This document shows, one piece after another, positions 57,919-64,000 of a stretch of DNA of 64,000 nucleotides. The first letter of the stretch is position 1. Every line of letters begins with the position of its first letter. This stretch comes from Oligoflexia bacterium. GTDB lineage: Bacteria; Bdellovibrionota; Bdellovibrionia; JABDDW01. The stretch is taken from assembly GCA_023250675.1 (NCBI GenBank), contig JAHFAE010000003.1:4311-68310 (forward strand), read 5' to 3'. The position numbers and the translations under genes were made by a program. Under the pieces are notes generated by a model. The model ran no database searches. It was not told the DNA's origin and saw nothing but the letters and a program-made list of their open reading frames with translations.

Positions 57919-57920
57919 AA

Positions 57921-59609
57921 CTATTCATCTTCCTGAGTGGTCGAGAGAAGTTCTTCAATAGTAGTAATACCTTGCAGTACTTTTTTGACTCCATCTTCTC
58001 TAAAAGTTTTCATTCCTTGAGCTTGGGCTGCTCTTTTTATAGTCCCACTGTCTTTATTTTGCAAAATGAGCTGCCTGATACCCTCGTTCATCTGTAAAAG
58101 CTCTGAAATAACAGTTCGACCAATATATCCTTTTTGATTGCATTGGTTACATCCACCGGCCTTAAAGACGCTGCCTTTACGGGCATCATCCCGCGTTGCT
58201 TCAATACTCGCAAGCTCAGCGTCGGTCGGATTGTAAGCTACTTTGCAATGGGGACAAAGAACTCTAATGAGTCTTTGGGCCAAGATTCCTATAAGACTAC
58301 TTGAAACTAGAAATGGTTCACACCCCATATCAATAAGCCTTGGTATAGCGCCCGCAGAATCATTAGTGTGAATTGTTGATAAAACCAAGTGACCTGTTAA
58401 TGAAGAGTTGATAGCAATTTCAGCTGTTTCAAAATCACGAATCTCACCAATCATAATGACATCGGGGTCTTGACGTAAAATGGCCCGCAATCCGTTAGCA
58501 AATGTAAGATTGATTTTACTATTCACTTGAATTTGGCCGATGCCGTGAATGGTGTATTCAACGGGGTCTTCAACAGTAATAATATTTCGCTCAATACTGT
58601 TAATGGCCATCAGGGCTGCGTACAATGTTGTTGATTTGCCAGAACCGGTAGGGCCTGTGACAAGAAAAATTCCATGCTGCTTATTAACGAGATCTAAAAT
58701 ATTCTGCAGACTCTGATCGTGAAAGCCAAGTTGAGGAAGTTCTAAAATAACATTGCTTCTATCTTGAAGACGCATGACAAGTCGCTCGCCATGGGATGTG
58801 GGTACAGAACTCAATCGAATATCAATATCTTTACCGGCCATCTTGATGGGAATTCGACCATCTTGGGGTAGACGCTTTTCAGCAATATTGAGATTGGCCA
58901 TGACCTTAATTCTTGAAGTGATGGCACTTTGAAGTTTTTTAGGTGGTTTAAAAATATCGTATAAAACACCGTCGATGCGAAAGCGCACGACGAGATCTCG
59001 CTCGTAGGGCTCCACATGAATATCAGAAGCTTTTTCTTTCACAGCTCTAAATAAAAGGGAATTGACGAGCTTAATGACAGGAGCGTCGTCATCGCCGGCT
59101 TCTAATAAATCAATGGGTTCGTCAAAATCGTATGATTCCCCATCATCCATTCCTTCGATTCCCTCGAAGGCGGCCGTGCTTTTTTCGTAAACTTTATTTA
59201 TGGCATCTTGAATTTTAACACTTGCGACGACGATGGGGACAACTCTTTTTCCAAAAAGAGTTCTCATATCATCAATGATTTTGTAATTCATGGGGTTTGA
59301 AGTCAGAACTTTAATATGATCGGTCTCACTCTTAAACGGGAGTACTTCGTATTGTTTGGCGTAGTTAATTGGAATATTTTTAACCAAATCAACGGGTATG
59401 TCGTTAATGGGAATTTCTTTCATATAGTCCACTTGAATATGAGCGCAAAGTGCCTTGAGCACATCATCAAGCCCAGTGAGATTTTTCTTAACGAGCTCCT
59501 CACTCAAAGTGAGGCCCTTGGGAGTTTTTAATTCCAAAACTTTAGTGAGCTGATTTTCCGTGAGTGTGGTGCCCTTTAATAAAAGGGCACCTACAGTTTC
59601 ATTTGCCAA
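57921..59609 (-). CDS. gspE: T2SS ATPase GspE
   Basis: Walker A GPTGSGKST, Asp/His boxes and a tetra-Cys motif (CPHC...CNQC). Confidence 0.9.
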   Translation of the reverse strand: MANETVGALLLKGTTLTENQLTKVLELKTPKGLTLSEELVKKNLTGLDDVLKALCAHIQVDYMKEIPINDIPVDLVKNIPINYAKQYEVLPFKSETDHIKVLTSNPMNYKIIDDMRTLFGKRVVPIVVASVKIQDAINKVYEKSTAAFEGIEGMDDGESYDFDEPIDLLEAGDDDAPVIKLVNSLLFRAVKEKASDIHVEPYERDLVVRFRIDGVLYDIFKPPKKLQSAITSRIKVMANLNIAEKRLPQDGRIPIKMAGKDIDIRLSSVPTSHGERLVMRLQDRSNVILELPQLGFHDQSLQNILDLVNKQHGIFLVTGPTGSGKSTTLYAALMAINSIERNIITVEDPVEYTIHGIGQIQVNSKINLTFANGLRAILRQDPDVIMIGEIRDFETAEIAINSSLTGHLVLSTIHTNDSAGAIPRLIDMGCEPFLVSSSLIGILAQRLIRVLCPHCKVAYNPTDAELASIEATRDDARKGSVFKAGGCNQCNQKGYIGRTVISELLQMNEGIRQLILQNKDSGTIKRAAQAQGMKTFREDGVKKVLQGITTIEELLSTTQEDE

Positions 59610-59618
59610 AGAGGCTCC

Positions 59619-61988
59619 TTATTTTGGATTAGACTCGAGTTTACCGTTACGTTCCATGCGCAACGAATCAAGGTATTCTCCTTGGGCATCTTTGCCCCCA
59701 ACATTTTTTTCAATAAATCTGACGCGATCTTTCATCTTTTGAACGAGGAGATTGGCAGAGTCTTCAGTGTTTCTAATAATTTTTGGCGTTAAAAACATAA
59801 GGAGATTTTGCTTAGTAGTCTCCGTTCTCTTGCTCTTGAATAGCCATCCTAGAATGGGAATATCACCAAGTAATGGCACTTTAACAACTGTCACAATTTC
59901 GTTATCAGTCATTAAGCCGCCCAACACAATGGTATCGCCGTCTCGTACCATGACATTTGTTTTTGCAAAGCGCTTGGTGGTCGTAACGGCATTGGCTTGT
60001 AAGTTTGCCGCCCCTGAAGACCTGGTTGACAACCCTTGAACTTGTTGGTCAATTTCAAGGCGCATAGTATTTGATTTAGGACTAATATGGGGTTTGATGT
60101 CTAATTTAATAGTCACGTCTTCACGAGTGACACTTGTTGTTGTGCCGGCAGCGGTAGTATTTGACGAAGCTGTAACAGGGACTTTTTCACCCACTTCTAA
60201 AATGGCATTTTCATTATCAAGGGCCATAATTTGAGGAGTGCTCAAAATATTAACGTTGGCTACTGAAGATAAAAAGTTAATAAAGCCTATCAAGTTTGGA
60301 ATTTTTACAACTTCAGACGCACCCGGTGGTTTTACGCTTACTTGGCCACCACCACCAAATCCCAAAATAGCACCCGTATCTTTTGAAGGATCCAAAACAT
60401 TAGCCACGGGTTCGGATACAAACCCCGATCGGCCTGCAAAACTATCGCCTATTAAGTTATAATAACTGATACCCCAAGATTTTTTGCCCTCAACGTTCAT
60501 TTCTAGAATTACACCTTCAACAAAGACTTGATCACGGGCAATATCTAATTTTGCTAGAATGGCTTGGACAATTTCGTAGTCTTGTTTACTGGCCGTAACA
60601 ACTAAACTATTAGTTGTTTTGTCTGCGACAACTTTAACGTCGCCGCCAAAAATGGTGGTCTTTGAAATGGGTGCCGTCCCGCCGATGGGCCCAGAGGGGG
60701 CCGAAGTGGCTGCCGCTGTTGATGCCTGGGCAAGGCCTGAAAGAGTAGCAGAAATTTTTTCTGCGTCGCCGAAGCGAACATAATAGACATAAACGCCGCC
60801 CGCATCTTCGGGGCGCATTCGATAATCTAATTTAGCAACGAGCTTTTTAATCTTACCGATACCTTGGGTGTTACCAACGACAATGAGTGAATTTGTGCGT
60901 TCATCGGGTATAACGAGAGAAAACGCTTCACTGCCTTGACCTTGGGATCCACCCAACGGAGTAAATCGCGGAATCCCCGCAGTAAATGCATTACCCTGAC
61001 TCCCAGAGCCTTTTCCTTTATTGATAATTTGATCTACAAGTTTTGCAATATCTGCGGCTCTCGCGTATCGTACTCGCACAACTTCGAGTTGCTCTTCAAA
61101 ACCCGGCACGTCAATTTGGCGCAAAATTTTCATAATGCGTTCAATATTGCTGCCATAATCAGACATGATGAGAGTGTTGGTGGGTTCATAGACGCGCATT
61201 TCACCGAGGCGTGACTGCAAAATGGGTCCGAGGCTGTTGTAAACCTCTTTTGCTTGAATATAGCGTAATTGCACTATGCGCGTGATCATGGAGTCAGTAT
61301 TGGGCGAATAAGCGCCCGAATAGGTGTCTAAGTTATCTCGTTGAGCGTTGTTCGCTTGTTTTATCTTTAAAAATTTTCCTGAAGGAACGACAGTGAGACC
61401 GTTAATTGCCAGCGCAGACAAAAAAGCCTTATATGCTTCAGCCACAGTGATTCGAGTTGGAGCAATGATTGTGATTTTTCCACGAACTTGAGTGTCTATA
61501 ATAAAATTTTTGCCCGTTAATTCTGAAATGGCTTTAACGATGTCGGTGATTTCGGCATTCGGGTAGTCAAAACTGTCAATGAGGTCTGGAAAATTCTCGT
61601 CAGTAATGTCTTTATCAGACGCATCGGCCATATTGGGAGTGAGTTTAGTTAATAAATTCGTCGGTTCTTTTCGATTTCGTCTTGGAATTGGTTTTGCGGC
61701 TTTTAGTTTTCCACCAATTGACCCATTGCCACTGGGGGGGGGAGAATTGAATTGACTGTCCTGAGGATTATTTATCGAAGAATCATTAAAATTTTTACGA
61801 CCAGTACCGTTGAATCCGCCGTAGGGATTTTGCTGATAGGATCCGGGAGGAGATGGTGGGGCATCAAAATCTTCGTCATCGAGAAAGTTATCCGTACTAG
61901 GTGGAGGCACTTGACCTTCAAGTGCCAGCGAAAAAACGAGCACTGATGTAAAAAACAAAGAAACCCCAACGCCAAGGTGTTTTTTCAT
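59619..61988 (-). CDS. gspD: T2SS secretin GspD
   Basis: Signal peptide, N0-N3 domains and a C-terminal secretin domain (...VPLLGDIPILGWLF...). Confidence 0.85.
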   Translation of the reverse strand: MKKHLGVGVSLFFTSVLVFSLALEGQVPPPSTDNFLDDEDFDAPPSPPGSYQQNPYGGFNGTGRKNFNDSSINNPQDSQFNSPPPSGNGSIGGKLKAAKPIPRRNRKEPTNLLTKLTPNMADASDKDITDENFPDLIDSFDYPNAEITDIVKAISELTGKNFIIDTQVRGKITIIAPTRITVAEAYKAFLSALAINGLTVVPSGKFLKIKQANNAQRDNLDTYSGAYSPNTDSMITRIVQLRYIQAKEVYNSLGPILQSRLGEMRVYEPTNTLIMSDYGSNIERIMKILRQIDVPGFEEQLEVVRVRYARAADIAKLVDQIINKGKGSGSQGNAFTAGIPRFTPLGGSQGQGSEAFSLVIPDERTNSLIVVGNTQGIGKIKKLVAKLDYRMRPEDAGGVYVYYVRFGDAEKISATLSGLAQASTAAATSAPSGPIGGTAPISKTTIFGGDVKVVADKTTNSLVVTASKQDYEIVQAILAKLDIARDQVFVEGVILEMNVEGKKSWGISYYNLIGDSFAGRSGFVSEPVANVLDPSKDTGAILGFGGGGQVSVKPPGASEVVKIPNLIGFINFLSSVANVNILSTPQIMALDNENAILEVGEKVPVTASSNTTAAGTTTSVTREDVTIKLDIKPHISPKSNTMRLEIDQQVQGLSTRSSGAANLQANAVTTTKRFAKTNVMVRDGDTIVLGGLMTDNEIVTVVKVPLLGDIPILGWLFKSKRTETTKQNLLMFLTPKIIRNTEDSANLLVQKMKDRVRFIEKNVGGKDAQGEYLDSLRMERNGKLESNPK

Positions 61989-61995
61989 ATTGCCC

Positions 61996-62988
61996 TCATC
62001 GAATATTGTAAGTCAAAGTTACCAACCGTCCATTTCGTTCGACGACCAAACGAACTTGGTTCTTTGTTCTCAAACTATTGTAAAGTTCCATGCTCTTAGA
62101 CACGCTATCCAGTTGTTCGCCATCGACTTGTTTAATCACATCGCCTGGATCAACGAGTTTGCGTAAAATAGAATTTTCTTGAATATCCACAACCCGAAAT
62201 CCATCAATTCTGCCATTGACCATATTGGGAAGAGCTCGAGCTTCAGTTAACAACTGTGGAAGATTACTCATCAAACCCTCAAGCTCTGAGCGATTGATGG
62301 CGAAAACTCCATCGCCTTCTTTCTGAAATGGTCCCATGGCTGGGTCCTTGGGAACCATTTTTTTTTGAAAACTGAATGCCGAATCGTCTTTGATGTGAAT
62401 GAATTCCAATGCCCCGCTAGAGAGATTACGAATGAATGCTTTTTTCCTCTCCACTTTGATTAAAGTAGCCAGCCCCTCAATATCGTCATTGGGAATATAG
62501 GGGAGAATCTTTTCGGCGTTCCCTTTTGCTTCGATAGTAGCAACGCATTTTCCCGGGTTTACATGGACGATGGTTCCCACAAGTGTTAAGGGAAGCTGAG
62601 ATTCTTTAGCCATACTGGTGTTATCCACATCAGGACTATTTTCAGCAATTTCGATGTCAGGAATAATTCCGTCACTATTAAAAACGTTTCTCGCTAAAAT
62701 ATCGTTGTAATCAGACAAGGGCCTATAGGGAGGCGGTTCCACGGTTTTAGGTTTAGCATTTGGTGCCGCATTAGGAATCATGTGAGCTCTCATGGCCACA
62801 CCGGTGAGATCCGCCATCATGGCACCGATGGCCGCTACAAAAACGTAGGGTAAAGCGCTGTTGAATTGTCCCAAGCCCCGCCGAATCCGCCTTAAGGGAG
62901 CTAGTTGGGAGGAGCCCGATTCTTGTATCCTGGCACTTGCAGGAATTTCTGGTCCTTTTTTTTTAGAAAAAAAGTCCATTATCCCCAT
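61996..62988 (-). CDS. gspC: T2SS GspC-like protein with a C-terminal PDZ domain
   Basis: N-terminal TM helix, an HR-like region and a PDZ-like C-terminus. It is the first gene of the operon. Confidence 0.5.
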   Translation of the reverse strand: MGIMDFFSKKKGPEIPASARIQESGSSQLAPLRRIRRGLGQFNSALPYVFVAAIGAMMADLTGVAMRAHMIPNAAPNAKPKTVEPPPYRPLSDYNDILARNVFNSDGIIPDIEIAENSPDVDNTSMAKESQLPLTLVGTIVHVNPGKCVATIEAKGNAEKILPYIPNDDIEGLATLIKVERKKAFIRNLSSGALEFIHIKDDSAFSFQKKMVPKDPAMGPFQKEGDGVFAINRSELEGLMSNLPQLLTEARALPNMVNGRIDGFRVVDIQENSILRKLVDPGDVIKQVDGEQLDSVSKSMELYNSLRTKNQVRLVVERNGRLVTLTYNIR

Positions 62989-63175
62989 AAAGATAATGGT
63001 CTTTTCAAAGGTAGTATCATCCTTGATTCTCCAGCCATTATTTTACTTAAAATTACTTTAAAAGACTTCAAGTTTTTACCCAAAATGCAATGCGTTAACG
63101 CCTCGTTTTTCGAGCCTAGTCTAGGTGCTTTTTTTTATTTGCTAAGATGTTCAAAAATAATCATAGTGGATCGCC

Positions 63176-64000
63176 ATGTTTGAATCGCTTTCAGATAAAA
63201 TTCTCTCTGGTCTAAAGAAAATTTCTGGGCAAGGGAAAATCTCTCAATCTCAAATAGAAGAAGCCCTTAAAACCATTCGCCTCGCTCTTTTAGAAGCCGA
63301 TGTCAATTTCAAAGTTGTCAAACAATTCGTTGATGCTGTTTCTGTCAAAGCTATGGGACAAGAGATTGTCGCCAGTGTCACTGCAGGTCAGCAAATCATT
63401 AAAATCGTTCATGACGAACTTGTTCATCTTTTAGGCGACACAAACTCTGCACTAAATTTTTTAGGCCATGGTCCCCATGTGATTATGCTTGTAGGACTTC
63501 AAGGTGCCGGTAAGACGACGTCGTCGGCAAAATTGGCTCGCCATATTTCTAAAAAGGGACGTCAACCACTTCTCGTCCCCGTTGACGTTCAAAGACCCGC
63601 TGCTATAGAGCAATTAAAAACTTTAGGTCGCTCACTGAATTTGCCGGTATTTGACACGCAAGGCTCTGACAGACCCTCAACGATTTGCAAAAAAGCTCTA
63701 GTTTTTGCCCAAGAAAACGGCAAAGACACTCTCATTGTCGACACTGCAGGTAGGCTTCAAATCGACGAAGAATTGATGTCTGAACTTGTAGATATCAAAA
63801 AGATTCTTTCACCAGCCGAAATCTTATTCGTCGCAGATTCAATGAGTGGACAAGAAGCGGTAAACGTAGCTCTGGGATTTCATGAAAAGCTTTGTCTAAC
63901 CGGCGTTGTCCTCACAAAAATGGATGGGGATGCGCGTGGTGGGGCTGCTTTGTCAATTAAGGCTACCACAGGAATTCCCGTCAAATTTGTCGGTATTTCA
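63176..64000 (+). CDS. ffh: signal recognition particle protein Ffh (partial, continues beyond the window)
   Basis: N-domain and G-domain with the P-loop GLQGAGKTTS and DTAGR. Confidence 0.9.
   Translation, partial: MFESLSDKILSGLKKISGQGKISQSQIEEALKTIRLALLEADVNFKVVKQFVDAVSVKAMGQEIVASVTAGQQIIKIVHDELVHLLGDTNSALNFLGHGPHVIMLVGLQGAGKTTSSAKLARHISKKGRQPLLVPVDVQRPAAIEQLKTLGRSLNLPVFDTQGSDRPSTICKKALVFAQENGKDTLIVDTAGRLQIDEELMSELVDIKKILSPAEILFVADSMSGQEAVNVALGFHEKLCLTGVVLTKMDGDARGGAALSIKATTGIPVKFVGIS

Noticed and set aside
53053-62988. The gsp cluster as a type IV pilus operon
   Set aside because: A GspC with PDZ domain, GspD secretin, GspK/L/M/N and five pseudopilins in the canonical C-N order indicate T2SS. 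No PilT, PilM-N-O-P-Q or PilA signatures are present.
1-64000. CRISPR arrays or tandem direct repeats
   Set aside because: No regularly spaced direct repeats were seen on inspection. The repeats present are short palindromes or half-sites.

Overview
This 64 kb window is mostly conserved bacterial chromosome from a Gram-negative organism with roughly 40-45% GC. Gene content resembles Bdellovibrio-like predatory bacteria, but that assignment cannot be verified from the sequence alone. Core blocks: (1) rimP-nusA-infB-rbfA-nrnA-truB-rpsO-pnp, then an M16 peptidase interrupted by an in-frame TAA, then dut; (2) a convergent tmk-holB-PSP1-metG-tatD operon, with nrdJ, ilvA and a hydantoinase gene pair nearby; (3) cmk-ispH-rpsA-sppA-HIT-epimerase-rhomboid-ssb-fliL; (4) a complete canonical type II secretion operon gspC-D-E-F-G-H-I-J-K-L-M-N on the minus strand, followed by a partial ffh. 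The stretch that looks accessory is ~2.4-8.6 kb, next to the only tRNA in the window, tRNA-Leu(CAA) on the minus strand. It carries a large serine recombinase whose ORF runs antisense through the tRNA, a 57-aa ORF translationally coupled to that recombinase, a winged-helix protein preceded by a repeat-dense 560-bp region, a secreted HExxH protein, a 618-bp intergenic region with a structured leader and a small membrane-protein gene, and an overlapping two-gene cassette of unknown function. I interpret this as a tRNA-associated integrative island with uncharacterised cargo and consider it the best candidate for an undescribed system. Its boundaries and function remain inferential. Other notable signals are long G/C homopolymers inside gspM and gspD, and a consensus sigma70 promoter with a palindrome over its -10 driving a small zinc-ribbon gene divergent from nrdJ.
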